Of a stretch of DNA of 64,000 nt, positions 44,489 to 64,000 are shown piece after piece. The notes under the pieces are model-generated. The model was not told the DNA's origin and did no database searches. It worked only from the letters and a program-made list of their open reading frames with translations. The position numbers and the translations under genes were made by a program. Origin of the DNA: Eledone cirrhosa (taxonomy: Eukaryota); NCBI GenBank assembly GCA_964016885.1, contig OZ024741.1, positions 203,360,001 to 203,424,000 on the forward strand, given 5' to 3'. Within the stretch, counting starts at the first letter, position 1; each line of letters begins with the position of its first letter.

Positions 44489-45162
44489 GTAGATAAATCT
44501 ACCAAGAGTTTACGGTAGTGTCCAATCCGTATGAAGAACTCAATGTAATCCGGATATCATGGAAAGAAGAGATGCAATGAAAAATCACTTTCGGTGAAAG
44601 ATAAACGGAATACAGAGTCAAGATAAAATATTAAAAAAATAATGAATAAAACAATGAAACAGTTCCTTATATTAAACAAAAAAAGTTCATTATTTAACGA
44701 TCGTTTCTAGGATATATATGTGTTAGAATTGGCATGCATATTCAACAGATCTATGTACAAAATTATACAAAATTATACAAACTATCAAAATTAAATATAC
44801 ATACCAACACATATATATATGCCGTCTTCAGAAATAATGAAATATATTAGAAATAATGAAATATATTAGAAATATATTAGAAATAATGAAATATATTAGA
44901 AATATATTAGAAATAATGAAATATATTAGAAATAATGAAATATATTTCATTATTTCTGAAGACGGCATATATATGTATTGGTATGTATATTTAATTTTGA
45001 TAGTTTGTATAATTTTGTATAATTTTGTACATAGATCTGTTGAATATGCATGCTAATTCTAACACATATATATCCTAGAAACGATCGTTAAATAATGAAC
45101 TTTTTTTGTTTAATATAAGGAACTGTTTCATTGTTTTATTCATTATTTTTTTAATATTTTAT
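44489..45162 (-). mobile_element. Non-coding fold-back PLE pLTR with two inverted long-stem-II hammerheads
   Basis: 44623-44840 inverted versus 44946-45162; ttcattattt-CTGAAGA-115 nt-GAAA-cgatcg-TT-aaataatgaa; tail homologous to 32517-32577. Confidence 0.8.
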
Positions 45163-46012
<850 letters not shown>

Positions 46013-46063
46013 TAAAATAAAGTTAAATAAAAGTCAAATGATTAAAATTTAGCTTCGTTTATT

Positions 46064-46118
46064 ACTGCTATATATATTTCAGTGACAGCCATCTTTGGCT
46101 GTGACCTCTTCAGGCAGT
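46064..46118 (-). ncRNA. Type I hammerhead ribozyme in solo pLTR 46013-46250
   Basis: actgc-CTGAAGA-ggtcacagcca(aaga)tggctgtcact-GAAA-tatata-TA-gcagt. Confidence 0.8.
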
Positions 46119-46249
46119 TTGAATTAGTATGGTATAGACAAGTACATATGTTGTTTAGGTGTATGATATTTCAATACTCTGATATGCCCAGTTCCTTGTT
46201 GGGTTGTTAATTCACTGGGGAACTGGAGTCATAACATAAACTCAAAATC

Positions 46250-46293
<44 letters not shown>

Positions 46294-46306
46294 CATATAT
46301 ATATAC

Positions 46307-46397
<91 letters not shown>

Positions 46398-46399
46398 GC

Positions 46400-49300
46400 T
46401 ATCTAACTCTATCATATCATCCAGAATACAACCTTTTATTTTTCAATGTTATTCGATAATTCTGTCTGATCATTCAAATAATCTTCTTGTATTTTAAAAT
46501 CCCACAAATCTTCCCTTATTACAGTTATATGCTCGTTCGATTATGGACAAAATTTCTTGCATTTTATTTTTTAACCTTCTCGCTAACTACCCCCCCCCCC
46601 CGCCCCCACTCACCACCATTATTATTACTTGGACCAATCATAAGTCAGCGGCCCATGTTATCACTTAAGTTTAGACTTGTTTGCCTTTCGATATGATGGA
46701 TGGACTACGGAACTCTGGAGAGTCTGAAAAGTCTGGACACTCAGTGACAATGCTAAAGATAAAGACAAATTCACCTCATGCTGCTCTACGAGAATGCAAG
46801 GACTCCTCTTTATTTAGGCCGCGGACGGCTAACATAGCCCCATCTCCCTCACCCCTCCCTGCGCCCTGTCCTCCCCACCCACCAAACGCAATCCAAAACT
46901 TCAGAGTTGGTACCATGAATGTAGGTACCTTAAAAGGTCGCTCTAACGAGGTTGTAGAGATGCTTGAACGTAAGGAGGTTGATGTTTGCTGTATTCAAGA
47001 GACCAGGTGGAGGGGTGGGTCTGCTAGATTCATTGTGGGTAAAAAACGATGCTATAAGCTTTTGTGGGTGGGAAATGACAATGGGCTGGGTGGAGTGGGA
47101 ATCATGGTAGCAGAAAAGTGGGCAGATAAGATAATAGACGTAAATAGAGTGAACTACAGAATAATTAAAATAAGACTTGTCCTCAATAGAACTACTGTGA
47201 CAATTATATCTGCATATGCACCCCAACCCGGACTGCCTGGCAATATAAAAGACAGATTCTATGAGTCGTTAATGCTCATTACCTCCCAAATAACCGACAG
47301 TGACTACATAATTATTGCAGGCGACCTAAATGGTCACGTTGGATAATACTGTGACGACTATGACAGAATCCATGGAGGCTGTGGGTTCGGTACTAGAAAT
47401 GAAGAAGGCTCCAGAATCCTGGCATTCTGTGACGCAAATAATCTAACTATCTGTAACACAAACTTCAAAAAACGAGACAATCACTTGATCACCTATAGAT
47501 CAGGGGAACACGCCAGTCAGATAGATTATATCCTTACCAGAAGACGAGACGGAGTGTCTGTTGTAAACACCAAATCCCTCCCCCATGAAGAATGCACCTC
47601 CCAACATAGCCTCATAAATAGCTACCTCATAGTCAGGACGAGACGTATTCGACAACAGAGGAGGACTATCCTCAGGAGAGAAATATGGAAGTTAAAGGAC
47701 CCCACAGCTAGTAATAAATTTAAAAGCATATTACTTGATGCTTTTGACAGTAAGGAAGAGCAATTAGAGTCGTACAATATACAGCAACAGTGGGAATTCC
47801 TGAAAGCTAACCTGCTGAAGGCGTCAGATGAAATCTGTGGCTGGAGCAAACCTATAGACAGGAGGAGAGTAACTTGGTGGTGGAAGAGTAAGGTGGAGGA
47901 GTCGATCAAGGCCAAAAAGCAGGCTTGGAAAGTATGGTGGGATGGGGGAAGTAGAGAAGACTATCAAGTGGCCAGGAGGGAAGCTAGGAGACAAGTGTAC
48001 TTCGCAAGAAGGGAAGCAGAGGAAAGAAAGTTCAAGCATGTTCTACAACGCGAGGACCAACAACGTGAGGTGTTCAGGATTGCTAGGCAATGTGTCAAGG
48101 AAAACCGTGATATTGTCGGGGAGAAGTGTGTCCTTAATGATGATGGTATACTTTCCATCACTGATGCTGATAAGAAGGTAGCTTGGAAGAGTCGCTACAA
48201 AAGGCTACTAAATGAGGAGAATAATTGGGAGAAAGACAGTCTCCCCCACATCGATCCAATAGAGGGACCAGCAGTGCAAGTTGAAGGTAGTATAATAAGT
48301 AAGGCGATCAAAGACATGAAGACAGGCAAGGCGGCTGGGCCTTCGGAAATAGTTGCTGAAATACTGAAAGCATCTGGAACGGTGGGACACACTATTGTCA
48401 CCCGGATAGTAAACCAAGTCATACAGAATGGGGTCGTTCCGAAGGACTGGTGCAGCAGCATCATCATTAACTGCTACAAGGGTAAAGGAGATGCCCTAGA
48501 TAGGGGAAACTATAGAGGCATTAAATTAATTGACCAGGTCATGAAGATCGCAGAAAAAGTAATAACGCAACTAATCAGAGAGCGAATTGATCTAGATGAA
48601 ATGCAGTTCGGGTTTGTGTCAGGTAAAAGTACAACAGACGCTCTTTTCATTGTACGACAACTACAGGAGAAGTACCTACCTAAAAGTAAACACCTATACT
48701 TAGCTTTTGTTGACTTGGAGAAAGCCTTTGACAGAATACCCCGCTCGATTATCTGGTGAGCCCTTAAAAAACTAGGTGTTGATGAATGGCTTGTGAGAGC
48801 TATACAAGCCATGTATAAAGAAACAGTCAGCAAGGTTAGAATTAACAACGAATATAGTGAAGAGTTTAGCGTAAAAGTTGGTGTTCCTCAGGGCTCCGTC
48901 TTTGGCCCCCTACTATTTATTATTATCTTTCAGGCTATAACAGAGGAGTTCAAGACCGGCTGCCCATAGGAACTTCTATACGCAGATGATCTAACGCTCA
49001 TAGCTGAATCAATGGCCGAAATAGAAAAGAAATTCCAAACATGGAAGTATGGTCTAGAATCAAAAGGCCTTAAAATTAACCTGTCTAAGACTAAAGTTCT
49101 AGTTTGTAGGAAGGAAAATAGGGCACTGGTCCCATCTGGGAAATGGCCATGCTCAGTCTGTAGGAAAGGAGTAGGCAGAAACTGCATTTTATGCAAAGTA
49201 TGGGTGCATAAAAGATGTAGTGGGATCACAGGTAAGCTAACTAAGAATATAGATTTTATATGTGGCCGGTGCTCAGGTGCAATAATAGCAGCAAGTGCCC

Positions 49301-50276
49301 ACAGAATACTAGCTCATTCCAGTGCACAGATGGTTCTATAGAAATAGTGGACACCTTCCGTTACCTGGGTGACAAAATCAGCAGTGGTGGAGGGTGCTCT
49401 GAAAAAGTACCGTAGCTAGAGTCATAACGAGATGGAAAAAGTTCAGAGAGCTTATACCACTATTGGCCGCTAAAGGGTTCTCTCTAAAAATGAAAGGCAG
49501 GCTGTATGATGCCTGCATACGAACAGCAATGTTACATGGCAGTGAGACTTGGGCATTGTGTGCAGAGGATATACGCAGACCGGAGAGGAACGAAGCTTGC
49601 ATGCTCCGTTGGATGTGTAATAGTAATATACGTTAACGGCAAAGCATACATGAACTAAGGGATAAATTAGGAATAAGAGAAATTAGGAATCGAGAGAAGA
49701 CTACGTTGGTATGGTCACGTGATGCGCATGAAAGACGACAGCTGTATAAAGAAAGTGCAGGGCGATTAAAATAGACGGTAGCCACGGAGTAGGCAGACCC
49801 AGAAAAACCCGGGACGACTTGATAAATTCCGACATCACACACTTACACCTCTCCAAGACAATGTCACTGCACCGAGATATTTGGCGCTACACAGTAATAC
49901 AGAAGACCCGCCTTGCCTAAGTACAAAGCGAAACCTACAGTCAGTAGGCACCTCTATCAAGAATATACCCCGTCCCACCACCCCTTTCGATGTAAATTTA
50001 TGTTGGTACCACAACATCCAGTCCGAAATAAATGAGGTCGTGTAGGTGTCACGAAAAAAAAAACACACAGTCCACGCTGTAATGTGGCCGTGTAAAAACC
50101 TCCCAGTCCACACTGTAAACGTGGTTGGTGTTAGGAGGGCATCCAGCCGTAGAAAACCCGCCAGACAGTCCTACACGAGCAAGACAACCAATCTTACCTC
50201 AAGTGGGAAAACTCCCGTTCAAACCCATGCAAGCGTGGAAGATAGACGTTAAACGATGATGATGATGATGATGATG
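46400..50276 (+). mobile_element. Near full-length RTE-clade LINE (APE + RT + Cys-rich insert), inactivated, (GAT)n tail
   Basis: VGTMNVGTL, IQETRW, SAYAPQ, GDLNGHVG, SQIDYIL, NYRGIKL, FVDLEKAFDR, LYADDL, WPCSVCRKG..WVHKRC; stops at ~47346, ~48757 and ~48967; 5' boundary approximate. Confidence 0.9.
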
Positions 50277-55593
<5,317 letters not shown>

Positions 55594-55595
<2 letters not shown>

Positions 55596-55786
55596 GTTAT
55601 TCCGGGTTGAATCGGAGGTAACCACAGTAAGTAAGGTACTCAATACATAGCAGAGTATAACAGTTTTAATCTCGATGAGATTCTACAGGTCTAGAACTGT
55701 TTCATTCATTAGAAATCATCAGGAATCATGATGATTTCTAATGAATGAAACAGTTCTAGTCCTGTAGAATCTCATCTATATTAAAA

Positions 55787-55790
<4 letters not shown>
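55594..55790 (-). mobile_element. Second ~195 bp fold-back mini-element (different family) with minimal hammerhead core
   Basis: Arms 55660-55721/55729-55790; minus strand CTGATGA-tttctaatgaat-GAAA-cagTTC; 65-bp tail; in (TA)n. Confidence 0.7.
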
Positions 55791-55845
<55 letters not shown>

Positions 55846-55881
55846 TATATACTTATATATATATATATATAAGTATATATA

Positions 55882-56133
55882 TAACGAAATGACAGGAGGC
55901 TGGATTTGTGTAAATCCTTGAAAGGTTTATTATACGATGATCATTTCAAGGATTTACACAAATCCACCCTCCTTTCATTTCATTATAATATTTAACTCCG
56001 TAATAGCACCACCAACTACAAAAACAAAGACGGTTGAACTGCTTTACGTTGAGTACTCTCTATATTATTGCATTACAATTGACCATACGGAATAGACCAG
56101 CTTTATCAAGTGGTGAACCTCAAACCTGAATAA
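55882..56133 (+). mobile_element. Third fold-back mini-element (hairpin + tail) in (TA)n
   Basis: Arms 55882-55923/55944-55985; TTGAGT at 56049. Confidence 0.6.
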
Positions 56134-56157
56134 GTATATATATATATATATATATAA

Positions 56158-56256
<99 letters not shown>

Positions 56257-56276
56257 GAGAGAGAGGGGGGAGAGAA

Positions 56277-57776
56277 AGAAACACACAAAGAAGTATATTT
56301 TGAATTACATGGATTGGAAACCACTCTGGTGCAATGCATATAATCTATGATCAAACGGAGTTATTGAAATGGTCAGTACATTTCAATTCATCTTTTCCGT
56401 TGTGTATTTTCCGTTCATAGATTATATGCATTGCACCAAACTGGTTTCCGACTCATGTACTTTAAAACAGACTTCTTTGGGTGTTTATTTCTATACATTA
56501 TATTACAAAAAGCCCAGTTTTATATATTTTGAGCTCAATAATTACAGGGTATCAACGCGAGTTTTTAACTCCGTTTTTCATTTGAATTCGGCTCCTAACG
56601 ATTTCTGTCGTTCTCTGTTGAACTTTTAAAGTTTTGTGTCTTTAGGCTGCCCTTTCTAGCCGTTTTACGATCCACTCATGCGACTATGTGCTGTCTGTCG
56701 CACGAAGTTTTACTTGTTTTCTTACTAAATACACCATGTGCGATATTTAGTTACCTAAATTATCTCTAGGTGTGCTGTTCATATAATCCTTACTCTTGTT
56801 GAAAAGCCCTAGGATTATGTGACACGGCCACTAATTTTCGGCGAAACAAACTCTATCTGTAATGTTTCCAGGAGTTTAATAGTTATTGAAATGATTAGTA
56901 CATTTTAATTCATTTTTTTCGGTTATGATGTATTTTCCGTTTGTTCATAGATTATATACACTAGCAGAAAAACCACGCTTCGGGTGGTTTTCTGCTAGCA
57001 TGTGTAGTGTGCATAGTGATATTATATGCAAATATATATATGCATGTAGATATGATACGCCAAATAAAATCATAACTGACAATATGCACAGAAATTGAAG
57101 AGAGACTGTGTTACACTCTTGTGTAATCAGTAACGTAATCCATGATACATTAAAAAAGACGATATATATAAACTGCATTAGGAGAAAATTAGCGACGGAA
57201 ATATATGACCGTTTATATAAGCGATGTAATAAGTGTTATATTATAACGGGCGCTAACAGGATGTGTTGACATTTGAAAATTTAAAGAAGTGAATCTTGCA
57301 ATAAGCAATAAAATTATTTATATTAAATCAAGAGTTACAAAATTTAGAACATAAATTATGTAATATTCATTCGTGGATTGGCAGTATCGGTAGAGGGTCG
57401 GACGCCATATTTTGACGCATTGAGTTACGGCCCTTGACATTCTGAGTTCAAATCCCGCCGAGGTTAACTTTGCCTTTCATCCTTACGGGGTCGATAAAAT
57501 AAAGTACCAGTAATACACTTGGTAATTGCTGGCCTTGTGCCAAAAGTAGAAACAATTATTTATTCAAGGTAATCCAACTAAAAATATATATTCTGGACGC
57601 ACACCTCTTTTTATTATATTATGATTGCACCAAAGTGATTTCCAACCCATGTAATTTAAAATACATTTCTTTGTGTGTTTATTTCTATATATTATATTAT
57701 AAAGAGCCCAGTTTTTATACTTTGAGCTCATTAATTACAGGGTATTAACGCGAGCTTTTAACTCCGTTTTTCATTT
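56277..57776 (+). mobile_element. PLE-like partial tandem with 5' inversion, second unit split by a Helitron
   Basis: 56358-56582 repeats as 56881-56960 + 57625-57776; 56277-56350 inverted versus 56414-56490. Confidence 0.6.
56961..57624 (-). mobile_element. Complete non-autonomous Helitron containing a SINE (57373-57560, +)
   Basis: Minus strand A|TCataatataataaa...hairpin...CTAG|T, inserted between A and T of the host repeat with no TSD. Confidence 0.8.
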
Positions 57777-57791
57777 ACACCCCCCCCCCCC

Positions 57792-57835
<44 letters not shown>

Positions 57836-57838
<3 letters not shown>

Positions 57839-60800
57839 AAGAAGTGTAAGACAACAGGTTAAAATTAACTTAGTTTATTCATATTCGCTGCAATATATAT
57901 TTCGGTGATAATCATTATTCAACTGTTATAACCTCATCAGGAAGCTAGAACTTGAACAGAAAAAAACAGAAAAACATAATGGTGGAATAAAGTTTACCTC
58001 CGTTATTTCGGTACTTTAATATGCCCAGTTCCGAAGTGTGGTGTTGTTTTCTCAAAGAACTGGTGGCATATGAATTAGAATGAATGAATTCAAGCATCCG
58101 AAGAATATACCTTCCTCTCATTGGTTAGATACTATCTTAACACTCCAGTACCAAGTCTATTGAATTTCTTAGCTCAGTTGTCCTTGAAACAGGTAATTCT
58201 GCGAGGGTTGTTTTTAATAACCAGCTATGATAACTATATACCTAGCAAATAGGGGTGTTCTGGTCTCGGTGACATAATTAACCTTAGTGGCAGTAGTGTA
58301 AACAGGTCAGCTTATTATTTTGCGGTAGTATTGTAGTTGCTAGTGAAGAATTCCTGTATGTAACCAGATATGGAATGTGAATGCTTATCCATATCAAGAG
58401 TCCTGATAGTAAGAGATGTTCGAATTATAACTGTAGGTTTAAAAAAGTATAAGTGTTAACAATTATAATCCATATTGTAAACACACATACGTATATATAC
58501 GTACACACATACACAGACACATATGTACCCTTTAGAGGGGTGGAAAAAGAAATAATATGTACGTCTTATTTTCTTATCACTGTTAGTACTGACTTTTATG
58601 TGGGAAAGGGATTAGGTTGGAGGTAACTTGTCCTTCGGCAAACCAGATTACAGACTAGGGGTGGATGGTGAAGCCCTGTAATCAGAAATCTGGGGTGCAT
58701 GGAGATATCCAGGGTAGGACCTTGCCAACTTATATTATCTCGCTAAATAGCTTGGCTGGTTACGTGAGAAAGAAGGGTTAACCACTGCGAAGTGAGGCAT
58801 GAGCCTAACCGCTAAGTGCTGCTCTAGGGTGTTTTCAAATGCTAGTTGAGACAAGAAAAGGGGAGAGGAGAGAGGTAAGTTCAGTGGGCGGGGTTGGTGT
58901 CTCCTGGACTCAGTGTGGTGGGGTTGCTATCCATATAGCTTGAGGAAAGTTCCCGTCGTTGGGTGTTTACATGTACCAAAGAAATCTGCCCAGCGATTGA
59001 TTAAATTTATTCCACCACTGAATAACCCGAATGTCTCACTTAGACAGAGGCTGCAAATGCCAGATCTGCCTCCGTCTGGAGGTACCTCCCTAACTTTGGA
59101 CCAAACAAAAGAGTACGGGGTCTTGTCCAGCTTGAGCTTCCAGATCAGTTCGGAGAGGGCCGTACTTTTCCTTTTGTCGATCCTATTAAAGGTGTGGCGG
59201 TGATTACACCATCTGTCCTTGAAGCTCGTTGATGCTCCGAGTTGCGGTAAACTAGGTTATTCAACAGGCATTCATTTTTAAGGGGGCATAATCTTCTGCA
59301 GTTGCATGAAGTGGTCAAGCCCCGCATGCTTACTGTGGGGTACCCATTGTGTAAGTTGGAGTGGTCCATCTCTGTGACTTGCACAGGGTCCTGGGTCGGT
59401 TAGTGTTACTCGGGTCAGTTCTGGGTTCACTGTTTACCCTATCATGGCTCTGCTGGGTATCTATAGGATCAGCTGTTGTCTATCTAAATGTCCTAAGTCT
59501 AATTCTATTGATACTAGCTATGTGTTGGGCTAGGCTGCGCGTGGTGTAGTATGAAAGCTTCACAGTGTGCCTATTAAAGATTTTGTGGTACTTGTGAGTC
59601 ATCGGGAAGCATGTATCCAGTGCCCTAAAGAATGAACGGGTTAGGCTGGTCTGCAGACCCACGGAGTATGGTGGATTATACCATGTTATTTTTCTAAGCC
59701 TAGTCCTATGTGAGTGGGTTGAGTACGTACCAGGCCGTTGAAGAGTTGCTGGCATCACACGGCCTCCAGCACTGCTGCTGCCCCGTTGCGCGTTATGCTT
59801 TTTGCCTACTGTTCTGTCCCGGCAGCGGGGTGATGCCGGCCCGCACCGGGGTTTCCACATTGGAGTATTCCACCGTCTGTCCCGGTCGGTGTTATGTGGC
59901 TGGGGACGCGGGGGAGCGAGGTGGTTTGCTTCACAGCTAGACCCACCTCGCGTATTGTGTTTATTCGCATGCCCATGGGTATGTGTCATTCCCGTAAGCG
60001 TTATAGTGCTGGAGGTTTAGGTAATGTAGCTTCAATCCTTCCTGTATTACACGGGTTTCCCCCTTCTCGTGACTATAAGTCCGAAGTCCCCGTAGGTCAT
60101 CTCTATCATTGCCCCCAGGGTTATAACTGATAACTTGGCCATGGGCGCCTCAGCTAGAGCCGTATTATAATAATCAGCATTATTATTGAGGATCTCCTTA
60201 TTGACAGATAAGTTGGAGATCCTGTCCGAGACACTCTTGGCTACGGCCTTAATGATAGATCTAGGGTGGTTGGACTTAACGTTAACATACACTAGCTTTT
60301 CGTTCGGCTTTTGATAGGGGTAGCATAGCTCAGTGTTTAAGTTTAGGATGGCGTCTAAGAAGTTAACTATTTTTCTATTGGGGTTTATTTCTATACTGAG
60401 CCCTAGATTCTTAAAGAAGTGTCTAATTCTCCTCTTCATTCTCTCTGCCATACTAGTGCTGTGGTCAGAGACGGTGAAGAGGGCATCCTCCGGGTATAAA
60501 CCGCTGCCGAAGTTGGGGATTTCATCCTTAATTTGCTTCAGCATGAAAAGCCCAACCAGGTCAATGTCTGTGTGGAGTCGCTAGAGCCCATTGTGATGTC
60601 AAAGTTATTGGGTCAATCACTCCTGGTCCAGAGATTGCAATCGAAACGTATCAAAGTCTTCCTGGCGGCGTGGATGATTCCCATTTCTTCGCGAGTTAAG
60701 TCTGTTTTACACATCGCGAATATAAGGGCCTTATTTAAAACTATGGGCGAGATTGAAGAGTAGTAACTAACAATATCCAGTTGGATAAACAAGTCCTACT

Positions 60801-60950
60801 CTACTCGGGTAACAGTGTAAACTGCTCTATTACCTCACTAGTACAGGACCATAGTTGTACTTCGCTTTTTTCCTACGCGTTAGCAGAATCCTATCTAGTA
60901 TGCTTTTGCAGATTACCCCAAATCAGACTTTGAATGGGCTATCAGTCTAA
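57836..60950 (-). mobile_element. Degraded PLE (RT, long linker, GIY-YIG, pLTR)
   Basis: RLIAHSKSDLG, FDITMG, NFLDAILNL, YVNVKSNHP, KITWYNPPYS, CNCRRLCPLKNEC; hammerhead-like CTGATGA...CCGAAA at 57887-57945; in (TA)n. Confidence 0.85.
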
Positions 60951-60982
60951 TATATATATATATATATATAATATATATATAT

Positions 60983-61885
60983 ATATCAAAGGCATGTATT
61001 GAGTTAGAAACTCAAAATAGTCTCTTACAATAAAATTAGCTCTAGGAAAGAGGTTTTTCCGAGCCGTATAATATAACTGAACAAAAAAGGAAAACGAACA
61101 CAGACATATACATATATGTGTTCAAATCGTAAGGGACCAGATTCGCTAAGGTGAAAAGAATACTAACTATAGACAATGGGTTGGCCAGACTCAATTTAAG
61201 AATAAATCAAGAAAAATAAATACAAACCAGAATTGTGGTAACTACCAATCACCCGGGCAGTTTTGATAATACTGTTTCGCAATATTAATTGTGAAGAGGA
61301 ATACCAAAATTCTAGCTCATCAGCGGGTGAAGAATTATTAGTATCCTGATCACTTCTAAGTATACTAAATAGTGTGTTTATATATAACGCACATGGTACC
61401 AGAGCTTAGCGTGTCTCGCAAACTCACGCCACTAAAAATAGCAGCCGGGTTTTCTCGACATCTGAATTAGCTCGACGAATTAACGGAGCCGAATATATCA
61501 AAGGCATGTATTGAGTTAGAAAGTCAAAATAGTCTCTTACAATAAAATTAGCTCTAGGAAAGAGGTTTTTCCGCGCCGTATCATATAACTGAACAAAAAA
61601 GAAAAACGAAAACAGACATATACATATATGTGTTCAAATCGTAAGGGACCAGATTCGCTAAGGTGAAAAGAATACTAACTATAGACAATGGGTTTGCCAG
61701 ACTCAATTTAAAAGTAAATCAAGAAAAATAAATACTGTATTTATTTTTCTTGATTTATTCTTAAATTGAGTCTGGCAAACCCATTGTCTATAGTTAGTAT
61801 TCTCTTCACCTTAGCGAATCTAGTACCTTACGATTTGAACACATGTATATGTCTGTGTTCGTTTTTCTTTTTTGTTCAGTTATAT
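60983..61885 (-). mobile_element. PLE-like tandem pLTR (period ~511 bp) ending in a fold-back; hammerhead at 61249-61330
   Basis: 60983-61223 repeated at 61494-61734; palindrome centred at 61736; tcacccg-CTGATGA...GAAA-cagt..actg-CC-cgggtga on minus. Confidence 0.7.
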
Positions 61886-61899
61886 ATATATATATATAT

Positions 61900-62457
61900 T
61901 TGTTTTGTGAGGTTTTTTATATGAAATCGTGTGTCGAAACAAATATTGTTATACTTGGGGAGGGTCATATTGTTGTAACAATATTGTTAGAAATAATAAC
62001 AGAACACACTCACTGTTTGGTTAGTTTTCGCTTCTGTATCTTTTATATCTCCACAGTTAATTCATTTGGTCCTCAATGTTTATCGTTGACTGACCAACGG
62101 TAAAAAGTACAGATATAAACACATATATATATAGTCTAACAAAGTTCTTTCGTTGCACATCTGCAACATAGTCAGTGGTACTATTATATTCCTACTGTTG
62201 TATTGTATGTCTATAGAAGACATACAATACAACAAGAGGAACATAATAGTGCCACTGTTGATGTTGTAGATGTGCAAAGAAAGAACTTTGTTAGACTATA
62301 TATATGTGTTTATATCAGTCAATGATAAACATTGAGGACCAAATGAATTAACTGTGGAGATATAAAAGATACAGAAGCGAAAACTAACCAAACAGTGAGT
62401 GTGTTCTGTCATTATTTCTAACAATATTGTTACAACAATATGATCCTCCCCAAGTAT

Positions 62458-62465
<8 letters not shown>
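61900..62465 (-). mobile_element. Fold-back pLTR of a Naiad-related subfamily
   Basis: Arms around ~62213; atgaccctccccaagtataacaatat and cgaaagaactttg shared with the Naiad 3' end. Confidence 0.7.
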
Positions 62466-62545
<80 letters not shown>

Positions 62546-62549
<4 letters not shown>

Positions 62550-63360
62550 GGAATATGAGTTTTTCGAATATTAATAATAATATTCGATTCGTTTGCAATT
62601 ATGCAAACAAGCCTCAATTTTAAAGCCATGTCAGTAAAATGAGCCCCTCATTCTTGCTCTTGTGTTGGCATGTAAACAGAACTGCAGACACTAATGTTTC
62701 TGGATATTACCCTTGATTAGTACAGTTCACTGTTTACCTGCCAACTGTCAGAGCTAATGAAAATATATGATATTTTCTAAAATATAGTGACTGATCGGCC
62801 TAATTTGCATATTAGCAAATCAGCCAGTCTGCTAATATGCAAATCAGGCCGATGAGTCACTGTATATTTTAGAAAATATCATATATTCTTATTAATATTC
62901 GAAAAACTCAGATTACTTTTACTGTATTCAGCCATGTAGAGCGAAAATGTTTTTTTTTTTATTTTGAATATGGGAAAGCCGGCGATTAATCGTTCATATA
63001 CAGGAAACTGACTGGTCATCTGCTGATATGCAAATCTGACTGATCACTCAGTCTGCTAATATACAAATCAGGCCGATCAGTCACTGTATATTTTAGAAAA
63101 TATATATTTCCACTAGCTCTGACAGTTGGCATGTGAACAGTGAACTGTACTAATGAAGGGTGATACCCAGAAACATTAGTGTTTGCAGTTCTGTTTACAT
63201 GCCAACACAAGAGCAAGAATGAGGGGCTCATTCTACTGACATGGCTTTAAAAATGAGGCTTGTTTGCATAATTGCAAACGAATCGAATATTATTATTAAT
63301 ATTCGAAAAACTCAGATTACATTTATTGTATTCAGCCTTATAGAGCGAAAATGTATTTGT
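62546..63360. repeat. Complex inverted/direct repeat element (~270 bp arms)
   Basis: 62555-62817 inverted versus 63053-63315; 62890-62950 repeated at 63295-63355. Confidence 0.7.
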
Positions 63361-63370
63361 TTTTTGCTTC

Positions 63371-63409
<39 letters not shown>

Positions 63410-63416
<7 letters not shown>

Positions 63417-63700
63417 GTAATAACAAAAATAACAAAACAAACGGCACAATACATGGAAGAAATATATTAGTTTGATGCTTGAAAGAGCAGGAAGAGAGTC
63501 TTAACGTCCTTCATCAGAAGAGAAAGATAGAGATAGAAGATAAATAGAAAGTAAAGAATGATGCGAGGAATGAACGGGGGCAATGACAAAAAAGATTGGG
63601 GAGCAAAAGACACGTGCGTATTCAGTTGGCCATTTTGGATATATATATATAGTAGATATGCATATATATATATACATATGCATTTACAACCCCCCCCTCC
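63410..63700 (-). mobile_element. Solo Neptune-type pLTR abutting (CA)n, hammerhead partly deleted
   Basis: Reverse complement aligns with 37020-37146; CTGATGAaggacgttaagac lacks the stem II 3' half and GAAA. Confidence 0.6.
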
Positions 63701-63799
63701 CAACACACACACACATGTATATATATATATATACATATAATTAGAAAGTGAACAACACAGAGCACTCTTTTTTCCTTTGGTTTGCCTTCGAAATTACCT

Positions 63800-63869
<70 letters not shown>

Positions 63870-64000
63870 TAAATATATGCATACATATATATATTCATAC
63901 ACATACATACATACGCATATATGTATGTATGCATATATATATTTAGGAGATTAGTATCGGTGTACATATAAAATTACTAGAAAAGACAATAAATGCGGGT

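Noticed and set aside
46681-49920. Intact, active RTE LINE ORF
   Set aside because: At least three in-frame stops and downstream frameshifts.

Overview
Eukaryotic, AT-rich, microsatellite-saturated DNA with no recognisable host gene. The SINE/RTE content and repeat style suggest a cephalopod, probably an octopus (inference). It is a dense stack of retroelements. It holds many Penelope-like elements (PLEs: Naiad-type, Neptune-type, and a 'WYNPP...CPL..C' GIY-YIG type), two tandem R4/Dong-like RLE elements sitting in (CATA)n, and RTE, CR1, CRE-like and Tx1/L1 remnants. There are also tRNA-derived SINEs, non-autonomous Helitrons, a mariner-type remnant and a MITE. The recurring theme is a set of mostly non-coding (TA)n-embedded modules combining three things: type I hammerhead ribozyme motifs (several with 80-115 nt branched stem II inserts), fold-back palindromes whose turning point lies in or beside the ribozyme, and a TTGAGY-like motif about 45-80 nt from the (TA)n junction in otherwise unrelated tails. 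One ~195 bp hairpin family has five copies and a 9-nt window that differs between copies but is mirrored within each intact copy. Most ORF-track entries are microsatellite artefacts. All calls and coordinates were made by eye; boundaries are approximate.
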